Part shown: positions 37,015 to 47,045 of the stretch, piece by piece
Layout: each line of letters opens with the position of its first letter
Numbering within the stretch: the first letter of the stretch is position 1
Source of the DNA: an uncultured Acidobacteriota bacterium
GTDB lineage: Bacteria; Acidobacteriota; Vicinamibacteria; Fen-336
Reading direction: 5' to 3'
Length of the DNA: 64,000 bases
Assembly: GCA_963720545.1 (NCBI GenBank)
Contig: OY970399.1
Span: 3,232,001-3,296,000, forward strand
The notes under the pieces: model-generated
Told to the model about the DNA's origin: nothing
What the model saw: only the letters and a program-made list of their open reading frames with translations
The model's database searches: none
Program-made: the position numbers and the translations under genes

Positions 37015-38234
37015 TGCTCCGCGCGCTCGCCGCCGCCAGCCTGTTGCTGCTGGCACCGGTGCGCGGCGCGCAGTTGCCATCGCCATCCCCATCGGCGTCA
37101 CCAGCGCCGCTTCCGCCGCTCGCTCAGGCGCTGCTCGAAAAGCCCGACGCACCGGCGCTCGTCGCGCTGCCCAAGCTGCGCGCGCGACTCGAGCGCTCGC
37201 CGCACGATTACCTGCGCGGCACCAACGCCTTGTTCGTGAAGGCGCTGTGCGAGCGCTACGAGCCGCAGCTGCGGCTCCTGCCGGCGGTGACGCTGCACGG
37301 CGACGCGCACATCGAGCAGTACTCGGTGACCGACCGCGGCCGCGGGCTCTCCGACTTCGACGACTCGGCGGTCGGCTCCGCCTTCATCGACCTGGTGCGC
37401 TTCGCCACCTCCATCCGCCTCGCAATGGAACAGCGCGGCTGGGCGGATTCCGACAAGATGATCCAGTGGTTCCTCGACGGCTACGTCAAGGCGCTGCGCG
37501 CGCCGAAGATGGTGGCGGTGGAGCCGGCGGCGGTGGGGCGCATCCGCAAGGGCTTCGACCCCAACCGCATGGCGCAGCTGGCGAGTGCGGAACAACTGAT
37601 GGTGCCGCTGCCGCCCGCCGACGCGCCCACGCCCGAAGCGCTCGCGCACACGGCACTGGTCCTCGGCGAAGCCGCGAACCGTTCGCCGGCGTTCTTCCAG
37701 GTGAAGAAGATGGGCGCGCTCACCATCGGCATCGGCAGCGCCGCCGACGAGAAGTACCTGATGCGCATCGAGGGGCCGACGCCCGCGCCGCAAGACGACC
37801 TGATGCTCGAGATCAAGGAAGTCAAGCCGCTGCCGAACCTGCCGTGCATCTACGGGGTCCCGGATGCGGCGCGCGTGATCATCGCCGAACGCGCCATCGC
37901 CTACGAGCAGTTCTCGGTGAGCGGCTCCCTGATCGGCGGCGCCAAGAACTTCTGGTTCCACACCTGGACCGACCATTACGCCGAGTTGCGCATCGACAAG
38001 TCGTTCGCCAACCCAGACGAACTGCACGAGATCGTCTACGACGCCGGCGTGCAGCTGGGACGCGGCCACCCGCGCCGGCTCTCCGGGGCGAACGCCGATA
38101 ACCTGCGCAAGTCGCTCATTCAGTCGCTCGCCAAGGCGCCGATTGCCGCGGTCTCCGCGGAGTTCGCCGCGGCCCTCACCAGCGCGTGGCGCACGTTTCG
38201 CGACAGCGCCGCGGACGGCGCGCCGCGCGGCTAG
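37014..38234 (+). CDS. DUF2252-family (kinase-like) protein with N-terminal signal peptide
   Basis: SPHDYLRGT, LHGDAH, SDFDD, IDLVRFATS, GIGS, LEIKE; TGATG coupling to the kinase. Confidence 0.8.
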   Translation: MLRALAAASLLLLAPVRGAQLPSPSPSASPAPLPPLAQALLEKPDAPALVALPKLRARLERSPHDYLRGTNALFVKALCERYEPQLRLLPAVTLHGDAHIEQYSVTDRGRGLSDFDDSAVGSAFIDLVRFATSIRLAMEQRGWADSDKMIQWFLDGYVKALRAPKMVAVEPAAVGRIRKGFDPNRMAQLASAEQLMVPLPPADAPTPEALAHTALVLGEAANRSPAFFQVKKMGALTIGIGSAADEKYLMRIEGPTPAPQDDLMLEIKEVKPLPNLPCIYGVPDAARVIIAERAIAYEQFSVSGSLIGGAKNFWFHTWTDHYAELRIDKSFANPDELHEIVYDAGVQLGRGHPRRLSGANADNLRKSLIQSLAKAPIAAVSAEFAAALTSAWRTFRDSAADGAPRG

Positions 38235-38237
38235 CCG

Positions 38238-39578
38238 CTAGAAGCTGAAGTCGACGCCTATGACCGGGATGAAGCGGTCCTGCAGGCCGCGCTGCGTCAG
38301 CGAGAACAGCACGTTGGCCGACACCAGGAAGCCGCTGCCCGGGTTGAACTTCACCCCGAAGGCGCCGAACAGCAGGTTGGTGTTGCCCTTGCTCGTGACG
38401 TAGTCCTTGATCACTGTCGTCTGCTGCTGGCCGCCGAACGGGATGTACTGATACGGCACGTCCACCTGGCGCACCCGGCTCGCGTCGAGCAGCAGCCGGC
38501 CCACCAGGTCGCCGGTGACCGTCACGCGCTTGGCGGCCGCGGCGTCGAAGCCGGCGGTGTAGTTGAACTCGTTGGGCAGCGAGCCGATGACCTCGTTGCT
38601 GCCGGTCGAGAAGGTGTAGCCGGCGTTTACGTGCGGCGCGAAGGTGCCGGCGCCCGAGGCGATGAGGAACACCTTCGTCTGGGTGCTGCCGGCGCCCAGC
38701 AGGTTGTCGGCGTCGCCGGTGGGCAGTCGCACGTCGAGACCGGCCGCGAGCCCGATGTTGCCCGAGGACTTGAAGCGGTACTTGGCGCGCACCAGCACGT
38801 CGCCGATGCCGGAGGCCTTGCCGCTTTGCACTTCCTCGCGGAAATCGCCGCCGCCCTGGAACTGGTGGATGACGCCGTTGGGGAAGCTCGCGGTCGCGAG
38901 GCGCTCGACGGTTTCGCCGATGCGCGCGTTCAGCCTGGTTTCGACGAACGGCACGGCGACGCCGATGTCGAGGCGGTCGGAGAGCCCGTAGGAGGCGAAC
39001 AGCGACGTGGTTTGCGTCTGTACGTCGAGGCGCAGGTCGGCGCGGATCAGGTCGGGCTCGAAGAACAGATTGTTGCCCGAGAGCTGGTGGCGCAGGAACA
39101 GCTGGATGTCGCCGGAGCGCAGGTCGAGGCCCTCGAAGGTGTCGAATTTGGCGCGCGTGTGGTTGACGCCGAAGGTCAGCTTGCCGCGGCCGAGCGTCAG
39201 CGCGCGTTCCGCGAACAACGGGCCGAAGCTCTCGCTGGTGCGGGTGAAGACGCCGAGGCTCGGGTCGAACGAGTAGGTGAAGCCCCCGGACGACGAGCCC
39301 AGCGGAAACGTCGCAAGCTGCGCCGCGATGCCGGTGTTCAGCTGCTCGAGCGTCTCGCGCGCCGCGGGCTGCGACGAGAAGTGCGCCGCATGGTTGAAGT
39401 TCGGGTTGGCGTTCCCCTGCAGGACCACCGGGTTGTCCGCGGCGAAGAATCGCAGCAGCAGGCCGGCGAGGCCGGGAGTGGTGGCGGCATCGTCATGGGC
39501 CAGCGCGCGCTGCGGCGCGTTCACGGCCAGCACGGCGGCGGCAGCGGTGAGCAGGCGGAGGCGTCGGGAGTTGATCAT
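38238..39578 (-). CDS. Outer-membrane beta-barrel 'transporter' (MetA-pathway/phenol-degradation-like)
   Basis: Signal peptide, FGPLFAERA, GIGDVLVRAKY, LPTGD, C-terminal GVDFSF. Confidence 0.78.
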   Translation of the reverse strand: MINSRRLRLLTAAAAVLAVNAPQRALAHDDAATTPGLAGLLLRFFAADNPVVLQGNANPNFNHAAHFSSQPAARETLEQLNTGIAAQLATFPLGSSSGGFTYSFDPSLGVFTRTSESFGPLFAERALTLGRGKLTFGVNHTRAKFDTFEGLDLRSGDIQLFLRHQLSGNNLFFEPDLIRADLRLDVQTQTTSLFASYGLSDRLDIGVAVPFVETRLNARIGETVERLATASFPNGVIHQFQGGGDFREEVQSGKASGIGDVLVRAKYRFKSSGNIGLAAGLDVRLPTGDADNLLGAGSTQTKVFLIASGAGTFAPHVNAGYTFSTGSNEVIGSLPNEFNYTAGFDAAAAKRVTVTGDLVGRLLLDASRVRQVDVPYQYIPFGGQQQTTVIKDYVTSKGNTNLLFGAFGVKFNPGSGFLVSANVLFSLTQRGLQDRFIPVIGVDFSF

Positions 39579-39635
39579 GCTGGGCAATCTAGCCAAGAGT
39601 TGCGTGCGCCGTCTCAGGAATTGCTCAGGGAACTT

Positions 39636-41711
39636 TCAATTCAGGGCGGCTTCGGCATTCTTCAAAAGCGCGGCGGCGTTGTCGAAGGCCGTCGCCAGCT
39701 CCTGTTCGTGGCCGGGAATCGCGTCGAAGCGGCCTGCTTCGAGCGCCTCGAAGATGCGCGGGATGAGCTCCTCGCGATAAGTCGGCTGCGGTGCGTATAG
39801 AAGGTGCTTGAAAAACGGACGCGTGCGCAGGCCCGTTGGCTCAGTCATGGCACGCTCCACCTGCATCAGGGCTTCGTTGATCGTGCGGCTCGACTCGGGC
39901 GACGGCGCCGCGGCTTTCGCCAGGCGCGCCTCGAAGCTGTGTGCTGCCGCCTCCCAGCGTGCGAGTGCCGCACGCGCCGCCGGGAGCTGAAGGTGGCGAG
40001 CCGCGCCCTTTTTCTCGACGGCATCGAGGTATTCGGGCACCGCCTGCGCGTAGCGCGAGTACTGCATCGGCAACAGCGAAGCATCGGCGAGGCGGTACGC
40101 GAGCACGCTCCAGATGCGCGCCAGCGCGGTGTTGTAGACGAATCCGGGATCGGCGACCGTGCTGAGCCACTGGTAGTTGTCGTATTGCGAGTGGTAGACG
40201 CCGTAGGGATCGTCGAACGACATGTCGATGCAGCTGATGCCGATGTTCTCCATGAACGCGGTGTAATCGGTGGCGCCGACGATGCGGTTGACGGCGATGA
40301 CCCCGCCCCGTGAACGCGCCGCCCACGCGTCGCCCATCGAGCCCGAGCCCGCGGGATCGGGTTCGTCCCGCAGCACGCCTTCGAGGAAACCGCCGAGCGC
40401 CGGCGTCGCGCCGCCGTCGAACGCAGGACCGGTGGCGCCGCTGTCCACGTTGACGTAGGCGACCCCGTCTTTCAGGAGCTTCTCGCGGTTGTCCTTCACC
40501 CACTGCGTCGAGCCGCCGAGCAGCTGTTCTTCGGCGTCCCAGTTGCCGAAAACGATGCTGCGCCGCGGCCGGAAGCCCTGCTTCGCCGCCGCACCCAGGG
40601 CGCGGGCGGTCTCGAGCAGCGCGGCGGTGCCGCTGCTCGGATCGACGGCACCGTAGATCCAGGCGTCGCGGTGGTTGCCGATGATCACCCACTTGTCCGG
40701 CTCGACGGCGCCCTTGAGGATGCCGATGACATTGCGCATCGTGCCGATCTCTTCATGGTTGTCGGTCTTGAGGTGCACCCGCACCGGGCCCGGGCCGGCG
40801 CGATAGGTGAACGGCAGGGCACCCTGCCAGCCGGGCGGGCCGGTGGGTCCTTGCAGCCGTGAGAGGATCTGCGCCGCCGCCTCGTGGGAAATGGGCAATG
40901 AGGGGATCCGCGGCAGCTGCTTGTCGCGTTCCTTGCCTTCGCTCCACTTGCCGTCGGCGCCCTTTCTCCAGTGAAAAGTGAACGGCTCGCCGACGCCGAA
41001 CCAGTCGTAGAGGATGGCGCCCCACTGTATGTGGCTCGCCGGACCCCACGGGCCTTCCGGGTAGACGAGGCCCTTCGCATAGCCGTCTTCGGCCGGGTCT
41101 GAGTAGATGAGCGCGCCTATCGCACCGCGGCTCTCAGCCTGATAGAGCTTGTAGCCCCGGTAGCTGTAGGGGTTGGAGTAGCGCATCAGCACGATGCGGC
41201 CGCGCACCGAGGTGCCGAGCGCGTCGAGCGCCGCGAAGTCTTCCGGGCTGCCGCCGTTCGCGTACACGACCTCGGCGGTGACGTCGCCGCCGGGCGCGTA
41301 GGCATGGAACGCGACCTGCGCCGGATCGTCGTAGAGATGGCTGTCCTTGTCGCCGGGGACGGGGTCTTCGGTCAGCTTCAGTTTCACCTGGTCGGGTGCA
41401 ACGATCTCGAGGCTCGCGGCGCGACCGTAGCTCATGAGCGCGGGAGAGTCGTGGAAGCTGACGTCGTCGAGTCCGTACTCGCGGAACCGGTCGCGCACGT
41501 AATCGGCGAGCTCCATGTTGCGCGGCGTGCCGGTCTGGTGGGGCTCCTCGGTCAGCACCCGCAGGTGGCGCGAGTAGCTCGCGGCGTTCGGCACCGAGCG
41601 CAGGACCGCCTCGGCGTTGCTTCGGTTGCGTCCCGTGTCGCGCGGCGTTGCGGCGAGCGCCAGGGCCGCGGCGGCGATGGCGAGGAGGGCAGCGGCACGG
41701 GCTTTTTCCAT
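39636..41711 (-). CDS. M28 peptidase, glutamate carboxypeptidase II/NAALADase-like (PA + TfR dimerisation domains)
   Basis: GNHRDAW, AVDPSSG, WDAEE, YVNVD, TDY, YHSQYD, HLLYAP. Confidence 0.93.
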   Translation of the reverse strand: MEKARAAALLAIAAAALALAATPRDTGRNRSNAEAVLRSVPNAASYSRHLRVLTEEPHQTGTPRNMELADYVRDRFREYGLDDVSFHDSPALMSYGRAASLEIVAPDQVKLKLTEDPVPGDKDSHLYDDPAQVAFHAYAPGGDVTAEVVYANGGSPEDFAALDALGTSVRGRIVLMRYSNPYSYRGYKLYQAESRGAIGALIYSDPAEDGYAKGLVYPEGPWGPASHIQWGAILYDWFGVGEPFTFHWRKGADGKWSEGKERDKQLPRIPSLPISHEAAAQILSRLQGPTGPPGWQGALPFTYRAGPGPVRVHLKTDNHEEIGTMRNVIGILKGAVEPDKWVIIGNHRDAWIYGAVDPSSGTAALLETARALGAAAKQGFRPRRSIVFGNWDAEEQLLGGSTQWVKDNREKLLKDGVAYVNVDSGATGPAFDGGATPALGGFLEGVLRDEPDPAGSGSMGDAWAARSRGGVIAVNRIVGATDYTAFMENIGISCIDMSFDDPYGVYHSQYDNYQWLSTVADPGFVYNTALARIWSVLAYRLADASLLPMQYSRYAQAVPEYLDAVEKKGAARHLQLPAARAALARWEAAAHSFEARLAKAAAPSPESSRTINEALMQVERAMTEPTGLRTRPFFKHLLYAPQPTYREELIPRIFEALEAGRFDAIPGHEQELATAFDNAAALLKNAEAALN

Positions 41712-41729
41712 TGGCGCGGTACGCTAGCA

Positions 41730-42428
41730 CTACTCCGCGTCGTGAAAGATCACTCCCAGCGTGTGGCGCCGCCCGGAGCGCAGCGCACTGACGCCGTGGC
41801 GCATCGCGGCGCGGTAGAAGCCTCTGCGGCTCGCTACCGGCCGGTGGCGCACGGGGAAGACGACACCGTCGCCTTGTCGCAGCGGCACGACGTGCACGCG
41901 CGACTGCCGGCGCGGCCGCTGTTCGGTGAGCACGAACTCGCCGCCCGTGAAGTCGCGGCCGGGTGCGGCGAGCAGGATCGCCACCTGCATCGGGAAGACC
42001 AGCTCGCCGTAGACGTCCTGGTGCAGGCAGTTGTAGTCGCCCGCCGCGTATTGCAGCAGCAGCGGCGTCGGTCGGCGCTGGCCCGCGGCGTGGCAGCGGT
42101 CGAGATACTCCCCGTGGCCTGCCGGAAACCGCTCCGCGGCGCCGAGCTTCTCGTGCCACCGGTTGGCGATTGCCGAGAGCGGCGGATAGAGGCTGCCGCG
42201 CAGCGCTGCGACTGCCATCGGCAGCGGGTAATCGAAGTACTTGTATTCGCCGCGGCCGTAGCCGTGGCGTGCCATCACCACCGTGCTGCGGAAGCCGTCG
42301 GCGCGCGCGTAGCCGGCGACGAGCGCGGCGCATTCGTCTTCGCCCAGCAGCGCCGGCATCACTGCGAAGCCGGTTGCGTCCAACGCCTCCTCGACGTGTG
42401 GCCAATCGATCGCGACTGCAGTACTCAT
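41730..42428 (-). CDS. 2OG-Fe(II) oxygenase (DUF2086-like)
   Basis: MARHGYGRGEYKYF, LHQD (HxD), GGEF, MRHGVS, R.TLGVIFHDA. Confidence 0.9.
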   Translation of the reverse strand: MSTAVAIDWPHVEEALDATGFAVMPALLGEDECAALVAGYARADGFRSTVVMARHGYGRGEYKYFDYPLPMAVAALRGSLYPPLSAIANRWHEKLGAAERFPAGHGEYLDRCHAAGQRRPTPLLLQYAAGDYNCLHQDVYGELVFPMQVAILLAAPGRDFTGGEFVLTEQRPRRQSRVHVVPLRQGDGVVFPVRHRPVASRRGFYRAAMRHGVSALRSGRRHTLGVIFHDAE

Positions 42429-42438
42429 GTCGCGAATC

Positions 42439-43569
42439 TCAGCGCTTCGCGGACGGCACGCCCTCCGCGGCTTGCTGCGGGAATGCACTGGCCGGCAGCG
42501 GCAGGGCGCCCGCCGCGAGCAGCTCCGCGAACGCGGCATCGGCGGCGACCCGGTGGCCGTCCACGTTCCAGTGCGTGTCCGGGGCGAAGTCCCAGTGGGC
42601 ACCCGGCCGCGCGGCGCGCGCGGCGGCGAGGCGCTCGCCGGCATCGAGGAACCGCACGTCCGGTGCGAGCCGCGCCCGCAGCCGTGCGATCGCCGCATCG
42701 TCCTGGCCGCGCGCGCCGACATCGAACGCGAAGAACCGCGCGCCGCTCTTCTCGACGTCGCGGGCGAAGGCACCGAGCAGCGCGGCGGTCAGGCCCACGA
42801 GATCCGCGGGCGCCGGTCGCGAACCGCCGACCTGGAAAAAGGCGAGACCGCGCTGCACCAGCGGATTGCGCGACGAGCGCGTGCGAAACGCATTCCAGAG
42901 GTTCGACTCGCGGCCCAACCACACCTTGGCGCGCTGCCAATGCGTCAATTCGGGCACCGGCTGGTTGTGGACGACGAGTGTGCCGGAAACATCGCCCTCG
43001 AAGTACGGCTTCGGATACATCTTGTATATGAAGTCGCTGCCGTTGCCGTCGAGGTCGTTGTCGCAGACCGCGACCAGCACCAGGTCGGCCTGCATGCGCG
43101 AGCCGAGTTCACGGTAGAGGATGAGCTCCTGGTCGGTGGAGTAGCCGCTCACACCCATGTTGACGACATCCGGGCGGCGCACCGAGGCGGCGCGCAGGCG
43201 GCGAGCGAGCGCCGCGGTGAACAGGTGCTCCTCGTCTACGCCCACTCCGAAGATGAAGGAATCGCCGAACACCAGGACGCGGAACGAGCCGGGCTCCTTC
43301 GCAACCGCAATCTCGCGGCCGCGCAGCCCGAGCGCATTGATGTGAATAGTGCCGCGATCCGGTCCGCCGCGATCATTCTCGCCGACGCTTCCCGCCGCAT
43401 GGAACCAGCCCTTGGATGGGTCCTGGACCCACAGCCCGCGGTCGTCCTCGCCGGGGCGCGGAATGGCGGAAAAGCGCAGGCCGAGGAGGCGTGTGCCGGC
43501 TTCCGCGAGCGCCAGGAGCAGCGCCAGCAGCAGGAGGTTCACGGCGAGGATTCGCAGGCTTCGGCGCAA
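42439..43569 (-). CDS. SGNH/GDSL hydrolase with N-terminal membrane anchor
   Basis: FGDSF, NMGVSGY, ND, DTHWN. Start uncertain (TTG 43569 or 43578). Confidence 0.85.
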   Translation of the reverse strand: MRRSLRILAVNLLLLALLLALAEAGTRLLGLRFSAIPRPGEDDRGLWVQDPSKGWFHAAGSVGENDRGGPDRGTIHINALGLRGREIAVAKEPGSFRVLVFGDSFIFGVGVDEEHLFTAALARRLRAASVRRPDVVNMGVSGYSTDQELILYRELGSRMQADLVLVAVCDNDLDGNGSDFIYKMYPKPYFEGDVSGTLVVHNQPVPELTHWQRAKVWLGRESNLWNAFRTRSSRNPLVQRGLAFFQVGGSRPAPADLVGLTAALLGAFARDVEKSGARFFAFDVGARGQDDAAIARLRARLAPDVRFLDAGERLAAARAARPGAHWDFAPDTHWNVDGHRVAADAAFAELLAAGALPLPASAFPQQAAEGVPSAKR

Positions 43570-43670
43570 GCCCAGCAAGTCTAGTCGGTGCGCGCATCGC
43601 GACCGACGGGCGTTCGGACCCAACCTGTCGGGGGTGTGTGGGACCATGCCCGCACACGTTGGAGGTGGGG

Positions 43671-46052
43671 TTGGCGCAGGCGTTGATCAAGCCGGAAGAC
43701 ACCAGCACGGCGCTGGTGTCGGTGCTGCGAGCGCTCGAGGCGAGCCGCGGTGCCACCGCCGAGCCCACCATCGCGGCGCTGCGGCACTTCCCGGCGCGGG
43801 CCGGGCAGTACGCCGATTTCGCCGACGACGTCGACCCGCGCCTGCGCGAGGTGTTGCGCAAGCGCGGCATCGACAAGCTCTACACCCACCAGCGTGCCGC
43901 TTTCGACGCCGCCCGCCGCGGCCTCAACACGGTGGTGGTCACGCCCACCGCCTCGGGCAAGACCCTCTGCTACAACCTGCCGGTCCTCGATTCGGTCCTC
44001 AAGAATCCCGACACGCGCGCCTTGTACCTCTTTCCCACGAAGGCGCTGGCGCAGGACCAGCTGGCCGAGATCCACGGCCTGGTCGAGGCGCTCGGCGAAG
44101 AAATCGGCACCTTCACCTACGACGGCGACACGCCACAGGACGCGCGCAAGGCCATTCGCAGCCGCGCGCACATCGTGGTCACCAACCCCGACATGCTCCA
44201 CAAGGGCATCCTGCCGCACCACACCAAGTGGGTGAAGCTGTTCGAGAACCTGCGCTACATCATCGTCGACGAACTGCACAGCCACCGCGGCGTCTACGGC
44301 TCGCACGTCGCGAACCTGTTCCGGCGGCTGCACCGGCTGTGCCGCTTCTATGGCTCGAACCCGCAGTTCCTGTGCTCGTCCGCGACCATCGGCAACCCGC
44401 AGCAGCTGGCCGAGGCGCTCACCGGGCGCGAGATGACGCTCATCGACGAGAACGGCGCGCCGCGCGGCGAGCGCTATTTCGCGATCTACAACCCGCCGGT
44501 CGTGAACCTGCAGCTCGGCATCCGCCGCTCGGCGCTGAACGCCGCCAAGGACGTGGCGCTGTCCTTCCTCAAGAAGGGCCTGCAGACCATCGTGTTCGCG
44601 CCCTCGCGGCTCGCCACCGAGGTGCTGCTCACCTATTTGAAGGAAGCGATCGAGCGGGTGCCCGGCTCGGAAGACGTGATCCGCGGCTATCGCGGCGGCT
44701 ACCTGCCGCTGCGGCGCCGCGAGATCGAGCGCGGGCTGCGCGACGGTTCGGTGCTCGGCGTGGTGTCGACGAACGCGCTCGAGCTGGGCATCGACATCGG
44801 CTCGCTCGACGCGGCGGTGCTGCTCGGCTATCCCGGCAGCGTCGCCTCCACATGGCAGCAAGCCGGGCGCGCCGGGCGGCGGCAGTCGGCGTCGGTGGCG
44901 GTGCTGGTGGCGAACTCCACTCCGCTCAACCAGTTCATCGCCAAGAACCCCGACTACTTCTTCGACGGCGCGGTCGAAGAGGGGCGCATCAACCCCGACA
45001 ACCTGCAGATCCTCGTCAACCACCTGAAGTGCGCGGCTTTCGAGCTGCCGTTCTCGCGCGACGAGAAATTCGGCAAGGAGAACCTGGTCGAGATCCTGCA
45101 GTTCCTCGAGGAGCAGGGCGTGCTGCACCGCGCCGGCGACCTGTGGCACTGGACGAGCGAGAGCTACCCGGCCGACGCGGTCAGCCTGCGCAGCGTGTCC
45201 TCGGACAACTTCGTGGTGCAGGACGTCACCGGCGAGCCGCGCATCATCGCCGAGGTCGACTTCGACAGCGCGCCGTCGATGGTGCACGAGAAGGCCATCT
45301 ACATCCTCGAAGGGCGCACCTACTACGTCGAGAAGTACGACCACAAGGAACGCCGCGTGCACGTGCGCGACGCCCAGGTCGACTACTACACCGATGCCAT
45401 CGACTACACCAAGGTGCGCATCCTCGAGCAGTTCGCGCACGAGGTTGCTGGCAGTTCCGACCGCAGCCACGGCGAGGTGCACGTGACGTCGCAGGTGGTG
45501 GGGTTCAAGAAACTCAAGTTCCACACCAACGAGAACGTCGGCTCGGGCGAGCTGCAGATGCCTGAGAACGAGATGCACACCACGTCCTACTGGCTCACGG
45601 TGCCGCGCGCGGTGATGTCGGCGCTGCCCTTCGACCTCGAGGAGCGGCGTGACGGGGTGGTGGCGCTGTCCTACACGCTGGGGCAGATGGCGTCGCTCTT
45701 CCTCATGTGCGATCGCTGGGACATCGGCGTCGCCATCGGCGACAACGGCCAGGGCGAGGCGCGGGTCGAGCGCGGCCTGCGGCGGCTGGCGGCGAACCCG
45801 GCGGAGCTCGCCGCTCCCACCCGCGACGACTACGAGCCGCAGGTGTTCGTCTACGACAACTACCCCGGCGGCATCGGGCTTTCCGAGCCGCTCTACCGCC
45901 TGCACGACCGCCTGCTGCGCGAGAGCCTCGCGCTCATTCGCGGCTGCGCCTGCCGCGACGGCTGTCCGTCGTGCGTCGGCCCGCTCGGCGAAGTGGGCAG
46001 CCGCGGCAAGACGGTTGCGGTCGCTATCCTCGAAGCCTTGGGAGCCGGCTGA
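43671..46052 (+). CDS. DEAD/DEAH-box helicase with DUF1998 Zn domain (MrfA/YprA/SftH-like)
   Basis: TASGKT, PTKAL, DELH, SAT, ALELGID, QQAGRAGRR; CD..D and CACRDGCPSC. GGAGG then TTG. Confidence 0.95.
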   Translation: MAQALIKPEDTSTALVSVLRALEASRGATAEPTIAALRHFPARAGQYADFADDVDPRLREVLRKRGIDKLYTHQRAAFDAARRGLNTVVVTPTASGKTLCYNLPVLDSVLKNPDTRALYLFPTKALAQDQLAEIHGLVEALGEEIGTFTYDGDTPQDARKAIRSRAHIVVTNPDMLHKGILPHHTKWVKLFENLRYIIVDELHSHRGVYGSHVANLFRRLHRLCRFYGSNPQFLCSSATIGNPQQLAEALTGREMTLIDENGAPRGERYFAIYNPPVVNLQLGIRRSALNAAKDVALSFLKKGLQTIVFAPSRLATEVLLTYLKEAIERVPGSEDVIRGYRGGYLPLRRREIERGLRDGSVLGVVSTNALELGIDIGSLDAAVLLGYPGSVASTWQQAGRAGRRQSASVAVLVANSTPLNQFIAKNPDYFFDGAVEEGRINPDNLQILVNHLKCAAFELPFSRDEKFGKENLVEILQFLEEQGVLHRAGDLWHWTSESYPADAVSLRSVSSDNFVVQDVTGEPRIIAEVDFDSAPSMVHEKAIYILEGRTYYVEKYDHKERRVHVRDAQVDYYTDAIDYTKVRILEQFAHEVAGSSDRSHGEVHVTSQVVGFKKLKFHTNENVGSGELQMPENEMHTTSYWLTVPRAVMSALPFDLEERRDGVVALSYTLGQMASLFLMCDRWDIGVAIGDNGQGEARVERGLRRLAANPAELAAPTRDDYEPQVFVYDNYPGGIGLSEPLYRLHDRLLRESLALIRGCACRDGCPSCVGPLGEVGSRGKTVAVAILEALGAG

Positions 46053-46058
46053 GCCGCG

Positions 46059-47045
46059 ATGCTCCTCTCCCGAATCCTCGCCGTCGCCGTCGCTGTCACG
46101 TCATCGGCGGATACGTCATCGGCGGATCGGCTGCTGTTCCCGTCCGATCCGACGATTTCCGTTGCCGGAGGCTCGTTGCTTCGTCCGTTCCTTTTCCGTT
46201 CCCCAGGAGTTGTCGTTGCGTCAGGCCCCACCCGCGCCATCGTCCTCGGCGTCGCGCAAGACGGCGGGTTCCCGCACATCGGCTGCCGCCAGGACGCGTG
46301 CGTCAACGCGCGCCGCGACCCGGCGCTCGCGCGCCGCGTGGCGAGCCTTGGCCTCATCGACGGCAAAAGCGGCCAGCGGTTCCTCATCGACGCCTCGCCC
46401 GATCTGCCGGCGCAAGTGGAGGCGCTCGGCGGCGTCGACGGCATCCTGCTGACGCACGCGCACATGGGACACATCCTCGGCCTGCTGTATCTCGGCCGCG
46501 AGGCTCTCGGTGCGAAGGCCATGCCGGTCTACGCCACCGCGCGCATGGCGGCGTTCCTGCGCGCGAACGGCTTGTGGAGCCAGCTGGTCACCCTGGCGAA
46601 CATCGAGCTGCGGCCGCTCGAGCCGGGCAGGGAGGTGCGCCTCAGTCCGGGTATTGCAGTCACGCCGTTCCTGGTGCCGCACCGCGATGAGTTCACGGAC
46701 ACCGTCGGCTTCCGCATCGCCGGTCCCGCAAAGCGCCTCCTCTACATCCCCGACATCGACAAGTGGAGCCGCTGGCACCATTCGCTGGCCGATGAAGTCG
46801 CCGGCGTTGACGTTGCCCTGCTCGATGGCACGTTCGCCGACGCCTCGGAGCTGCCGGGCCGCTCGCAGGCCGACATCCCGCACCCACTCCTCGGGGAGAC
46901 GCTCGCCGCCGTGCCGGCCGCGCTGCGCTCGCACATCCGGTTCCTGCACATGAACCACACCAACCGCCTGCTCTGGGATGCCGCTGCCGGCGAAGCCATC
47001 GCGCCCGCGCGCGCCGCGCGCCAGGGCGACGAGATCGAGCTGTGA
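46059..47045 (+). CDS. PqqB-like metallo-beta-lactamase-fold hydrolase carrying an in-frame palindromic repeat near its N-terminus
   Basis: LGVAQDGGFPHIGC..C, THAHMGH, VPHRDE, DGTF, HMNHTN. Confidence 0.88.
   Translation: MLLSRILAVAVAVTSSADTSSADRLLFPSDPTISVAGGSLLRPFLFRSPGVVVASGPTRAIVLGVAQDGGFPHIGCRQDACVNARRDPALARRVASLGLIDGKSGQRFLIDASPDLPAQVEALGGVDGILLTHAHMGHILGLLYLGREALGAKAMPVYATARMAAFLRANGLWSQLVTLANIELRPLEPGREVRLSPGIAVTPFLVPHRDEFTDTVGFRIAGPAKRLLYIPDIDKWSRWHHSLADEVAGVDVALLDGTFADASELPGRSQADIPHPLLGETLAAVPAALRSHIRFLHMNHTNRLLWDAAAGEAIAPARAARQGDEIEL
46098..46223. repeat. REP/RPE-like palindromic element (coding copy), inverted relative to 62062-62181
   Basis: 15-bp tandem acgtcatcggcggat x2; hairpin ATCGGCGGATCGG-13nt-CCGATCCGACGAT; then ttccgtt..tccgttccccagg..ttgcgtc, matching the reverse complement of 62106-62182. 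Confidence 0.8.

Noticed and set aside
43671..46052. DUF1998 helicase as DISARM DrmB or Druantia defence
   Set aside because: Helicase and DUF1998 are fused and linked to a YprB-like exonuclease, and there are no methylase or drm genes. This fits MrfAB-type repair.
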